35,682 bases of DNA from an uncultured virus (IMG/VR IMGVR_UViG_3300027687_000005) (Duplodnaviria; Heunggongvirae; Uroviricota; Caudoviricetes), in IMG/VR virus record IMGVR_UViG_3300027687_000005; one strand, 5' to 3'. This document shows positions 8,474-16,435 of this stretch, in pieces. The translations under genes were made by a program, and so were the position numbers. The number at the start of each line of letters is the position of its first letter. Position 1 is the stretch's first letter. The notes under the pieces were generated by a model. That model was not told the origin of the DNA, ran no database searches, and saw nothing but the letters and a program-made list of their open reading frames with translations.

Positions 8474-9211
8474 ATGAAAAGCTGTACAGTATGTAATGCA
8501 ACAAAAGAATTGCATGAGTTCGACAAAATACGGAATACTAAGGGTGATCAGGTTCCGACAGGGAGGTGTAAGGACTGTAGAAAATCCTACATAAATGAAT
8601 ATAATAGTAGAAAATCCTATAAAACAGGCTTAAAACGGGAGGAATACCTAAAAAGTGTACGTAAACCGAAGCTTTCTCCTGCAGAAAAAGAGGAGCTAGG
8701 TAAAACTAAGTGGAATGCTGCATATTTTAAGGCATGCAAAAAAGCAGAGCAAGATCGTATAGATTTTCTCATTGCCAATATTAAAACCTGTGGCAAGTGT
8801 AGTAAAGATTTAGAACTAGCTAGGTTTCATACACGAAATCGTAAACGTAAAGACGGTAGTACCTATAAAACAACCTACTCTTGGTGTAAGACATGCAGAC
8901 GTATTAATAACAACTACTATGAAAGCACAACTAATGGTAAAAAAGCAAAGAAGAAAAGAAAAGCACTGCGCGATAGACGCAGCAAGCAAGCTACACCTAA
9001 ATGGCTAACCACTGAACAGAAACAACAGATAGTAGATACATATGAGCGTATGCGTGACCGTAGTGTCTCTACAGGTGTGGAATACCACGTAGATCATATA
9101 GTACCGCTAAAAGGCAAAAACGTCTGTGGGTTACACGTTCCCTGGAACTTACGTGTAGTTGGAGCTAAAGAGAACATCTCTAAGAGTAATACTTATGATG
9201 GGTGGAAATAG
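8474..9211 (+). CDS. HNH endonuclease with N-terminal Zn-finger repeats (homing-type)
   Basis: Four CxxC pairs; [26 protein letters not shown]......N..KSN. Confidence 0.9.
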   Translation: MKSCTVCNATKELHEFDKIRNTKGDQVPTGRCKDCRKSYINEYNSRKSYKTGLKREEYLKSVRKPKLSPAEKEELGKTKWNAAYFKACKKAEQDRIDFLIANIKTCGKCSKDLELARFHTRNRKRKDGSTYKTTYSWCKTCRRINNNYYESTTNGKKAKKKRKALRDRRSKQATPKWLTTEQKQQIVDTYERMRDRSVSTGVEYHVDHIVPLKGKNVCGLHVPWNLRVVGAKENISKSNTYDGWK

Positions 9212-9330
9212 TGATCACGGAATGTTACAGTATGTTACAATTACATCACAATGTAGAATAAAGTGTACGATTATTCATTTAGGGGGTTGTGGGGGTACTT
9301 TCTTTAGCTATAACTACGTAGTAGTAGTAG

Positions 9331-9492
9331 AGAGTAGCTACATTCTTAGTAATAACTAAATACAAGTAATAAATAAGAAGAGTAGCTACTCTATATAAGA
9401 GTTGTTACATTAAGGTCAGTGGAAGAGGAAGAGTAGCTACTCTATAGTAGTAACTCTATACAAGTAATAAGAAGAAGAGTAGCTACTCTATA
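9331..9492. repeat. Array of palindromic repeats AGAGTAGCTACTCT
   Basis: Perfect 14-bp palindrome at 9379, 9430 and 9476 inside the 19-mer GAAGAGTAGCTACTCTATA; partial copies at 9331 and 9614. Confidence 0.9.
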
Positions 9493-9550
9493 TTACAAAA
9501 TAGTAACAATAGCCTCTTGTAGTCCATATTCTAATGTAGTAGACTAGTTC

Positions 9551-9670
9551 TTGTAACATCCTCCCTCAGTACAATAATAATGTTACAACAACCTGGTACG
9601 TGCTTCACTCTATGTAGCTACTCTCTCCTCACTCTCCTCATATGTAGTTTGCGGCACGTACCACTTTTTC
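9551..9670 (+). ncRNA. Candidate sRNA: two hairpins with CU-rich loops and a U tail (cuckoo-like)
   Basis: Stems 9551-59/9580-88 and 9594-9603/9654-63; loops contain CCTCCCTC and CTCTCCTCACTCTCCTC. Confidence 0.5.
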
Positions 9671-9688
9671 CCCCTTAAAGTAATAAAA

Positions 9689-9979
9689 GTGTTGACTCTT
9701 ATGTCTAAACGCATACAACTATATGCATCCGATTCCGTATTAGAAGAGTTCTACTCTGCATTAGCTACTAATGATGTTAGAGCTTTCTCACGTGTACATA
9801 TCCCTCGTAGTGACGTGTTCTACGTTAGAGAGCATCTACGATCTGTATTCCCTGATAAAGAGTTGACCTTAGATTACGTAGAGCGCTGTATGTACCTTGA
9901 AGGTATGTTGACCAGACATGACGTATTAGACCCTGATAGGAAGAGGCCCTATGAAAGCTCCAAAGAAGACCCCCGCTAA
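9689..9979 (+). CDS. Hypothetical protein (start possibly 9701)
   Basis: VHIPRSDVFYVR motif; first gene of the late arm. Confidence 0.7.
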   Translation: MLTLMSKRIQLYASDSVLEEFYSALATNDVRAFSRVHIPRSDVFYVREHLRSVFPDKELTLDYVERCMYLEGMLTRHDVLDPDRKRPYESSKEDPR

Positions 9980-10238
9980 GCCTACTAAGGCTAAACGTAA
10001 CTACACCATGAGTGGTGAAGGTAAGTACGACAAGTCCCCTAAGCGTATGGCAGACAACCGTGCTCGTAAGAAGGCACGTTATGCTATGGAAAAGGGTGGT
10101 ATGGTATCTAAGGGTGACGGTAAGGATGTTGATCATAAGGACGGTAATCCTCGTAACAATGCTAAGTCTAACTTACGTGTACAGTCTGCAAGCTCTAACA
10201 GAAGCTATCCTCGTAACAAGAACGCAGGTAAGGCATGA
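9951..10238 (+). CDS. Small basic HNH-motif protein (possibly packaging-associated)
   Basis: GDGKDVDHKDGNPRNNAKSNLRV...NR. Confidence 0.8.
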   Translation: MKAPKKTPAKPTKAKRNYTMSGEGKYDKSPKRMADNRARKKARYAMEKGGMVSKGDGKDVDHKDGNPRNNAKSNLRVQSASSNRSYPRNKNAGKA

Positions 10239-10513
10239 CAGTAGAATACAGGGGTGAAACATTTGCAGGTTATAACAAGCCAAAGCGTACACCTAAGCAC
10301 CCGGATAAGTCCCACGCTGTACTTGCCAAGGAGGGTGACACCATTAAGCTCATCCGCTTTGGTGAGCAGGGAGCCTCCACAGCAGGTAAACCCAAGGAGG
10401 GTGAATCTGACCGCATGAAGGCTAAGCGTAAAAGCTTTAAGGCTAGGCACGGTAAGAATATCTCTAAGGGTAAGATGAGTGCAGCATACTGGGCTGACAA
10501 GGTTAAGTGGTAA
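10235..10513 (+). CDS. Basic conserved phage protein
   Basis: KLIRFGEQG...RKSFKARH...SAAYWADKVKW; ATGA coupling. Confidence 0.8.
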   Translation: MTVEYRGETFAGYNKPKRTPKHPDKSHAVLAKEGDTIKLIRFGEQGASTAGKPKEGESDRMKAKRKSFKARHGKNISKGKMSAAYWADKVKW

Positions 10514-10677
10514 CTTGGTTACTTGTACATGTAGGTTTTGCTATGGTGTACTTCCAAGGTCAGCCACCATCTACGTATGTTAAGGTGTGCAAGTATCAGC
10601 ACCCTACTAATCAGTTTAGTATAGAACGTCACTGGGTATGGCCTGAGATGCAATGCCCTCCAAGTTTAAGGAAGTAA
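10507..10677 (+). CDS. Small Cys-containing protein (56 aa, GTG start, not in ORF track)
   Basis: VVTWLLVHVGFA...KVCKY...CPPSLRK fills the gap; similar to 30819-30992. Confidence 0.55.
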   Translation: MVTWLLVHVGFAMVYFQGQPPSTYVKVCKYQHPTNQFSIERHWVWPEMQCPPSLRK

Positions 10678-10679
10678 GT

Positions 10680-10829
10680 ATGTCTCTATATAAAAACATA
10701 CACGCTAAGAAAGCTCGTATTGCAGCTGGTAGCAAAGAAACAATGCGTAAGCCCGGAAGCATGGGTGCCCCTACTGCAGCTAACTTTAAGGCAGCATCTA
10801 AGACAGCAAAGGTTAAAAAGAAACCATGA
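10680..10829 (+). CDS. Small basic protein (49 aa, not in ORF track)
   Basis: MSLYKNIHAKKARIAAGSKETMRKPGSMGAPTAANFKAASKTAK... Confidence 0.75.
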   Translation: MSLYKNIHAKKARIAAGSKETMRKPGSMGAPTAANFKAASKTAKVKKKP

Positions 10830-10981
10830 AGGGCGTAAAGCATTACACTGCAGACGGTAAAGAGTGGACAGGTAAGACCCACAAGCATCCTGATGGAAAG
10901 CTCATGACGGGTGCTAAAATGAGTAGCTCCTCTAAGAAACTTGTACATCTTAAAGACTTAAAGAAAGCAGTAAAGAAATGA
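10826..10981 (+). CDS. Small basic protein (51 aa, not in ORF track)
   Basis: MKGVKHYTADGKEWTGKTHKHPDGKLMTG...; ATGA coupling. Confidence 0.7.
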   Translation: MKGVKHYTADGKEWTGKTHKHPDGKLMTGAKMSSSSKKLVHLKDLKKAVKK

Positions 10982-11046
10982 GTTGTAAGCAATGCAATGA
11001 TGGAAAGTGTACGTGTAAGGACGACACTACCAAGAAGGGTAAATAG
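10978..11046 (+). CDS. 22-aa Cys-rich peptide
   Basis: MSCKQCNDGKCTCKDDTTKKGK; ATGA-coupled; ends 3 nt before the next start. Confidence 0.4.
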   Translation: MSCKQCNDGKCTCKDDTTKKGK

Positions 11047-11049
11047 AAC

Positions 11050-11361
11050 ATGAAGTACTATCAGAAGTATCAGACTGCCTTAGAGGCTGCAGGCTACCGT
11101 GTAGATGAGTATGGCTACGTATGGGACTCTATGGGCAACCAATCAGCTGGTGAAGACAACTATGGCAACGTACAGAGTAAAGACCCTAACGTTACAGCTA
11201 TCTGTATTGAACAGGATGAAGCGCCTCTACTGTCTAAGCTTGCTAAGGTTACTAAGAAGGTTATAGCACCTAAGGGCAAGAAGCGTGCTCGTACTGATAA
11301 AGGTCACTACGTTAAGGATGATCCTAGTACTCCTGAAAATGAAGCATGGGTTGACGAGTAA
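11050..11361 (+). CDS. Hypothetical protein
   Basis: C-terminal RARTDKGHYVKDDPSTPENEAW motif. Confidence 0.75.
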   Translation: MKYYQKYQTALEAAGYRVDEYGYVWDSMGNQSAGEDNYGNVQSKDPNVTAICIEQDEAPLLSKLAKVTKKVIAPKGKKRARTDKGHYVKDDPSTPENEAWVDE

Positions 11362-11720
11362 TGTCTATAGTTAATCAGGGCAAGCCATCACGGATGAAGT
11401 CTGTGTATGGTCACAACAGTACCAACGCTGTTGAAGTTATATATACTTGTCCTCCTAACTGTGTAGCAGAGTGTACCTTCATTCATGTAGTTAATGGTGG
11501 GGGTAGTACTAACTCTGTAGACGTTGAGTGGTATGTTGCTGCTGATACTTATACTTCTCACTTCTTGAGTGGTAAGAGTTTAGGCGCTAATGACTACATA
11601 AGCTTTAACAATATAGACCTAGTGCTACAACCTGGAGATAAGATACAGGTACAGCCTACAACCGCTGGTCATATTGATACTATCATTACAGTTACAGAAA
11701 CGTTTGTGCCTATTGGGTAG
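11361..11720 (+). CDS. Beta-rich putative virion protein
   Basis: IYTCP...LVLQPGDKIQV pattern; TAATG coupling. Confidence 0.6.
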   Translation: MSIVNQGKPSRMKSVYGHNSTNAVEVIYTCPPNCVAECTFIHVVNGGGSTNSVDVEWYVAADTYTSHFLSGKSLGANDYISFNNIDLVLQPGDKIQVQPTTAGHIDTIITVTETFVPIG

Positions 11721-11812
11721 CGGGTATGCAAACTTAGATGAGGTAAACTAGTACGTTATAGATATAACTATGTGTGAGTCTAACAAAGACATAACACACA
11801 TGGAGATCCACA

Positions 11813-12040
11813 ATGGAACTAGTATATAACTACCACAGCAAGTTTAGAGTTAAAACTACAAAGATAGTTAAGACCCTATTCAAAGCACTATTTAAGTTCT
11901 TCTCAGACTTAGGTGCTTCTATTTCTAAAGCACAACAACTTAGAGCAGACTTCTGGTTGATTAACAACCTGAGCGACAAAGACCTTAAGGACATGGGTAT
12001 TACTCGTGGAGAGATTAAACAGCGTTTTTACAGTAAGTAA
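11813..12040 (+). CDS. DUF1127 (YjiS-like) small protein
   Basis: C-terminal LSDKDLKDMGITRGEI matches the DUF1127 LxDxxLxDIGxxRxxI signature. Confidence 0.8.
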   Translation: MELVYNYHSKFRVKTTKIVKTLFKALFKFFSDLGASISKAQQLRADFWLINNLSDKDLKDMGITRGEIKQRFYSK

Positions 12041-12260
12041 GAAAACTCTTGCATTATTACTATTGGGGAGTATAACTATTAGTTGTAGTACTTCCTCAAT
12101 AGTGCTACCTATGTCCTGCCCTAAAGATAATAAGAAATGTCAGCGGAACTTAGATGCACAAACCTTATCATACATTGGTCAAGATAAAGCAGCCGTACAG
12201 CTTATGTGTAGCGACCCTGATCTTCGTAATGTTATTGGTGAGGATTGCAGTAGCTGGTGA
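12006..12260 (+). CDS. Putative lipoprotein
   Basis: KKTLALLLLGSITISC lipobox-like signal and four further Cys. Confidence 0.55.
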   Translation: MERLNSVFTVSKKTLALLLLGSITISCSTSSIVLPMSCPKDNKKCQRNLDAQTLSYIGQDKAAVQLMCSDPDLRNVIGEDCSSW

Positions 12261-12867
12261 TGTTGTTGGGGACTTCTCTAATGGTTACGATAACTCTACA
12301 GTAGACAGTAACAACTTAGAGAGTGCCACTACTAACAACTACAACGCTACTGGTGCTGGCAGTGCTGCCCCTGTAATGAGTGCAATAGCACCTACTATTA
12401 TGGGTGCTGGTGGTAATGACAGTTGCTTGATGCCTCTTACTACAGGTATTCAGGTTACAATGTTTGGTTTTAGCTCAGGTGGAGCTATACAGGATGAGTC
12501 TTGTAACAGACGTAAGAATGCTAGGCTATTAGGAGCACCACAGCAAGTTGGTGGACTAGGCCTTCAGGTATCAGCTATTAGTATTCTCTGCCAAGATCCA
12601 GTTGTATTTCGTAGTATGATGTTAGCGAATACACCCTGTCCCATTAATGACAGTAAGACAGGTAAGTTGCTCATGGGGAGAGCAGCTATACAAAAGTACA
12701 GAGATAGCCCAGCGCTTTACATAGTTGGTTATATTCTAGACATAAAGTTTTGGGATACCCTTTTACGGGTGGGAGAGGAATACACAGATGAAGACGCTAT
12801 TGAAGACACTGCTCCTAAGCTCAGCCTTAGTCAGCGTTTCCGCAGCAGTAAGCGCACAGGCGACTGA
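12154..12867 (+). CDS. Putative exported Cys-containing protein
   Basis: Hydrophobic signal ending AVA-G; SAIAP, DSC, D.SC.RRK.AR, LCQD, TPCP motifs. Confidence 0.75.
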   Translation: MHKPYHTLVKIKQPYSLCVATLIFVMLLVRIAVAGDVVGDFSNGYDNSTVDSNNLESATTNNYNATGAGSAAPVMSAIAPTIMGAGGNDSCLMPLTTGIQVTMFGFSSGGAIQDESCNRRKNARLLGAPQQVGGLGLQVSAISILCQDPVVFRSMMLANTPCPINDSKTGKLLMGRAAIQKYRDSPALYIVGYILDIKFWDTLLRVGEEYTDEDAIEDTAPKLSLSQRFRSSKRTGD

Positions 12868-13618
12868 TCCTAACACAATGACGGGTCAAGAAAAGATTGA
12901 CTATCTCATTGCTTCTATTGGTGACATACAAGCCCGTATCTTAGACAGTGGTGTTCGTACTGTAGGTGCTGTAGGTTATGCTGCTATTGGTGGTGTTGTT
13001 ACAGATGCAGCTATGGCTGATGGACTAATTACTGTAGATGAGTTAGGCATGTACCTAGACGCTAGAGATCTTGTACTTACTCATGACTACGCTATTGCTA
13101 CCACAGCAGAGCAGCTGTTCATGCAGGAACATGCAGCTAATATGAATAGCCTCAACACAGCAGTAGACAACTTAACTGCAGCCTCTTCTGTTATCATGGT
13201 TGCTGTAGAAGTTGCATCCATTGCAAGTGAGGCAGATACAAAGCCTGAGCAGGTAGCCCTACAGGGTATGCTAGACACAGATGGATATAGCATTGATGCT
13301 AAAGAAGTTAATGACTACAACGAATCTATAGTTGCTGTAGAAAAGTTTGCACAACAGGCTGGTGCTTTTATGGCTGCAGCTAATAATAATGAACTGACAG
13401 CAAGCATTGATAGCTATGCTACTCAGGGTAACTTTATGGTTGGTAGCTACACAGCTATTACTTATACACAAAACATTGATGAGTTTGTAATTACGTGGGC
13501 TGACTCTGGGTTCAACTCTGGTTGGCAGGGTTACTTAACTCCTGAGATGAAGAACGCAGCTGATCTTTATGCTGCAGGTGAATACATTAACGAGTATGGT
13601 GGATATCCAACACAATGA
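12788..13618 (+). CDS. Putative exported acidic protein
   Basis: Sec-type signal peptide MKTLLKTLLLSSALVSVSAAVSA-Q. Confidence 0.8.
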   Translation: MKTLLKTLLLSSALVSVSAAVSAQATDPNTMTGQEKIDYLIASIGDIQARILDSGVRTVGAVGYAAIGGVVTDAAMADGLITVDELGMYLDARDLVLTHDYAIATTAEQLFMQEHAANMNSLNTAVDNLTAASSVIMVAVEVASIASEADTKPEQVALQGMLDTDGYSIDAKEVNDYNESIVAVEKFAQQAGAFMAAANNNELTASIDSYATQGNFMVGSYTAITYTQNIDEFVITWADSGFNSGWQGYLTPEMKNAADLYAAGEYINEYGGYPTQ

Positions 13619-14163
13619 TGGACATAGGTTTTAGTATTGGTGGTTACAACATTAAGGGCTGGATGGTTGCAGTAGCACTTCCAGTTCTTTCTTCTGTTGC
13701 AGGTGGTGTGTACTGGTCTTATGATACAGTACAACGCTTCTATGGAGTTGAGGCTGGTATTGCAGAGGTTGTAGAGAAGTCTGCATCCTTTGATGTTAAA
13801 GCAGGAGCACTAACCACTCGTGTTACTTCTGTTGAGACTACAGCCCAGCGCAACCTTACTGAGGTCAATACTAACTTAGGGTCAGATATAGGCTCACTAG
13901 AAGCAAGACTTACATCTCGTATTCAAACTCTAGAGCAAGCTATCCTAGACAATGATGTACGTGGTCTAAACCAGAAGCTTGCACAGTTATCTACAAACAT
14001 GTCTCAGATCCTTGAACAGCAGAAAGTGCTTTTAGACTTGCGTAGTCAGGTGGATAAGGCTACAACTATTACAGATGGACTAGGTAATACTCTTGATACG
14101 CTAAAGACAGAAGTCGATGACATCTGGAAAGCGTATGATGAACTAGTCGATAATCCACTATAA
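13615..14163 (+). CDS. Membrane-anchored coiled-coil protein
   Basis: N-terminal TM segment WMVAVALPVLSSVAGGVYW followed by long heptad repeats. Confidence 0.75.
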   Translation: MMDIGFSIGGYNIKGWMVAVALPVLSSVAGGVYWSYDTVQRFYGVEAGIAEVVEKSASFDVKAGALTTRVTSVETTAQRNLTEVNTNLGSDIGSLEARLTSRIQTLEQAILDNDVRGLNQKLAQLSTNMSQILEQQKVLLDLRSQVDKATTITDGLGNTLDTLKTEVDDIWKAYDELVDNPL

Positions 14164-14173
14164 GGAATATACT

Positions 14174-14545
14174 ATGGCACGTAGCCTCACAGAAAACCAA
14201 CAGAAGTTCCTAGAAGTATTGTTTGACGATGCTGGTGGTGACGTTGTATTAGCTAAACGCCTTGCTGGATATAGTGAGAACACTCCTACACGTTTAATTG
14301 TTGAAGCTCTTAAGGATGAGATTGCAGACGCTACACGCTCTTACTTCTCACGCTCTGCACCAAAGGCTGTTATGGCTCTTGTTGGTGCTTTGTCTGATCC
14401 TACTGAGTTAGGCATAAAAGAGAAGATGGCTGCAGCTAAGGACTTGCTTGATCGTGCAGGACTTGGTAAGGTGGATAAAGTAGATGTTACTTCTAATGGG
14501 GGTGGTATCTTTTATCTGCCACCAAAAGAAGGTAATAACGAGTAA
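14174..14545 (+). CDS. Terminase small subunit (putative)
   Basis: LTENQQKFL...AKRLAGYS HTH, AAKDLLDRAG; position upstream of TerL. Confidence 0.65.
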   Translation: MARSLTENQQKFLEVLFDDAGGDVVLAKRLAGYSENTPTRLIVEALKDEIADATRSYFSRSAPKAVMALVGALSDPTELGIKEKMAAAKDLLDRAGLGKVDKVDVTSNGGGIFYLPPKEGNNE

Positions 14546-14547
14546 CT

Positions 14548-14970
14548 TTGCCTAGATATGATTATGATAGAGACTTAGGGTTTTGGGAACTACCAAAGCC
14601 TTTTAAGGGTAAACAGAAAGAGTGGCACGTAATAGCTCGTGTTACTTTAAGGCAAGTACCCTTTGGTTACAGAATACACCCAGAAGATGAAAAGCTCTTA
14701 GAGCCTATTCCTGAAGAGTTAGAAGCATTAGAGCTTGCCAAGCGTCACTTAAAGCAGTACTCTTACCGTGAAGTATCACAATGGTTAAGTAAGACTACAG
14801 GACGTTACATCTCACACATGGGATTGCATAAGAGAGTAAAAGTTGAGCAAAAACGTAAGACATCAGCTGCAATTAAACGCAAGCTTGCCAGAAGGCTCCA
14901 AGAAACGCTCACGCAGATCGAAAAGCTTGAAGAAGGTCGTGTCGGAAGCTACAGTATCCGCGAAGATTGA
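14548..14970 (+). CDS. DNA-binding protein (recombinase C-terminal-like HTH)
   Basis: VPFGY...LEPIPEE...YSYREVSQWL...ISHMGL. Confidence 0.6.
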   Translation: MPRYDYDRDLGFWELPKPFKGKQKEWHVIARVTLRQVPFGYRIHPEDEKLLEPIPEELEALELAKRHLKQYSYREVSQWLSKTTGRYISHMGLHKRVKVEQKRKTSAAIKRKLARRLQETLTQIEKLEEGRVGSYSIRED

Positions 14971-16423
14971 AGAAAAGCATTCAGTACCTGCTACAGCTAA
15001 GGCTGATGACTTTGACGTAGAGTTTGCACAAGAGGTTGTCTTCAAGCCGAATCCCGGCCCACAGACAGACTTCCTGAGTGCATCAGAGCGTGAAGTGTTA
15101 TACGGCGGTTCAGCTGGTGGTGGTAAATCATACGCTATGCTTGCTGACCCTCTACACGGATTAAACCATCCTCACTTCTCAGGATTGCTTGTACGACATA
15201 CTACAGAAGAACTAAGGGAACTTATACAGAAATCACAGGAGCTATACCCTCGTGCAGTACCCGGTATCAAATGGTCAGAGCGTAAGTCGCAATGGACTTC
15301 TCCTCAAGGAGGTCGCCTATGGATGTCTTATCTGGATAAGGATACAGACGTTACCCGCTATCAAGGTCAGGCCTTTAACTGGATTGGCTTTGACGAACTT
15401 ACACAATGGTCTAGCCCTTACGCTTGGGATTATATGAGATCTCGCTTGAGATCTGCACACTCTAATGAACTTGGCCTCTACATGAGAGCCACTACAAACC
15501 CCGGAGGAAACGGACATAGTTGGGTTAAGAAAATGTTTATCGACCCTGGAATTGCTAGTAAAGCGTTCTGGGCCACACATGTCGAATCTGGTGAAACGAT
15601 TAGGTTCCCTAAAGGTCATAGTAAAGAAGGCCAGCCTCTATTTAAGAGACGCTTTATTCCTGCCTCTCTATTTGATAATCCGTACTTGGCTGAATCTGGC
15701 GACTATGAAGCGATGCTTCTCTCTCTGCCAGAGCATCAGCGTAAGCAGCTACTTGAAGGTAACTGGGATGTTAATGAGGGTGCCGCTTTTCCAGAGTTTG
15801 ATCGCAAGATACACGTCATTGAACGCTTCGACATCCCTGAGTCTTGGACAAGGTTTCGCGCTTGTGATTACGGGTATGGCTCTTACACTGGTGTTATCTG
15901 GTTTGCTGTAAGCCCTGATGAACAACTAATCGTATATCGTGAGATGTATAACTCTAAAGTTACTGCTTCTGACCTTGCTGATTTGATACTTCAAGCTGAA
16001 GCAAATGATGGTGGCATACGTTATGGAGTACTTGATAGCTCCCTCTGGCACAATCGTGGTGATACTGGGCCTTCACTGGCTGAACAAATGATCCACAAGG
16101 GGTGCCGCTGGCGTCCCTCAGATCGTTCAAGAGGCTCACGTGTAGCAGGTAAGAACGAAATACACAGACGCTTACAAGTAGATGAGTTTACTAAGAAGCC
16201 TCGCATTGTTTTTATGGACAACTGTACAAACACCATTGCACAATTACCTAGCATCCCACTGGACAAGAGAAACCCAGAGGATGTTGATACTAACGCAGAG
16301 GATCACTTGTATGACGCTCTACGTTACGGCATTATGACAAGACCACGCAGCAGCATATGGGATTTCAACCCAGCAAAACAACGCTCAGGTTTCCAAGCAG
16401 CAGACCCAAGCTTCGGCTATTAA
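14843..16423 (+). CDS. terL: Terminase large subunit 1 (Terminase_6-like)
   Basis: Walker A YGGSAGGGKS, Walker B IGFDE, ATTNPG, nuclease DYG and DHLYDALRY; start uncertain. Confidence 0.95.
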   Translation: MSKNVRHQLQLNASLPEGSKKRSRRSKSLKKVVSEATVSAKIEEKHSVPATAKADDFDVEFAQEVVFKPNPGPQTDFLSASEREVLYGGSAGGGKSYAMLADPLHGLNHPHFSGLLVRHTTEELRELIQKSQELYPRAVPGIKWSERKSQWTSPQGGRLWMSYLDKDTDVTRYQGQAFNWIGFDELTQWSSPYAWDYMRSRLRSAHSNELGLYMRATTNPGGNGHSWVKKMFIDPGIASKAFWATHVESGETIRFPKGHSKEGQPLFKRRFIPASLFDNPYLAESGDYEAMLLSLPEHQRKQLLEGNWDVNEGAAFPEFDRKIHVIERFDIPESWTRFRACDYGYGSYTGVIWFAVSPDEQLIVYREMYNSKVTASDLADLILQAEANDGGIRYGVLDSSLWHNRGDTGPSLAEQMIHKGCRWRPSDRSRGSRVAGKNEIHRRLQVDEFTKKPRIVFMDNCTNTIAQLPSIPLDKRNPEDVDTNAEDHLYDALRYGIMTRPRSSIWDFNPAKQRSGFQAADPSFGY

Positions 16424-16435
16424 GGAAGAAAGAAC

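Noticed and set aside
9331..9492. Canonical CRISPR array
   Set aside because: Repeat is only 19 bp with three full copies, spacers share sequence, and no cas genes are present. Kept as a repeat array of unknown role.
10616..10948. 110-aa minus-strand ORF
   Set aside because: Antisense to coupled plus-strand basic ORFs.
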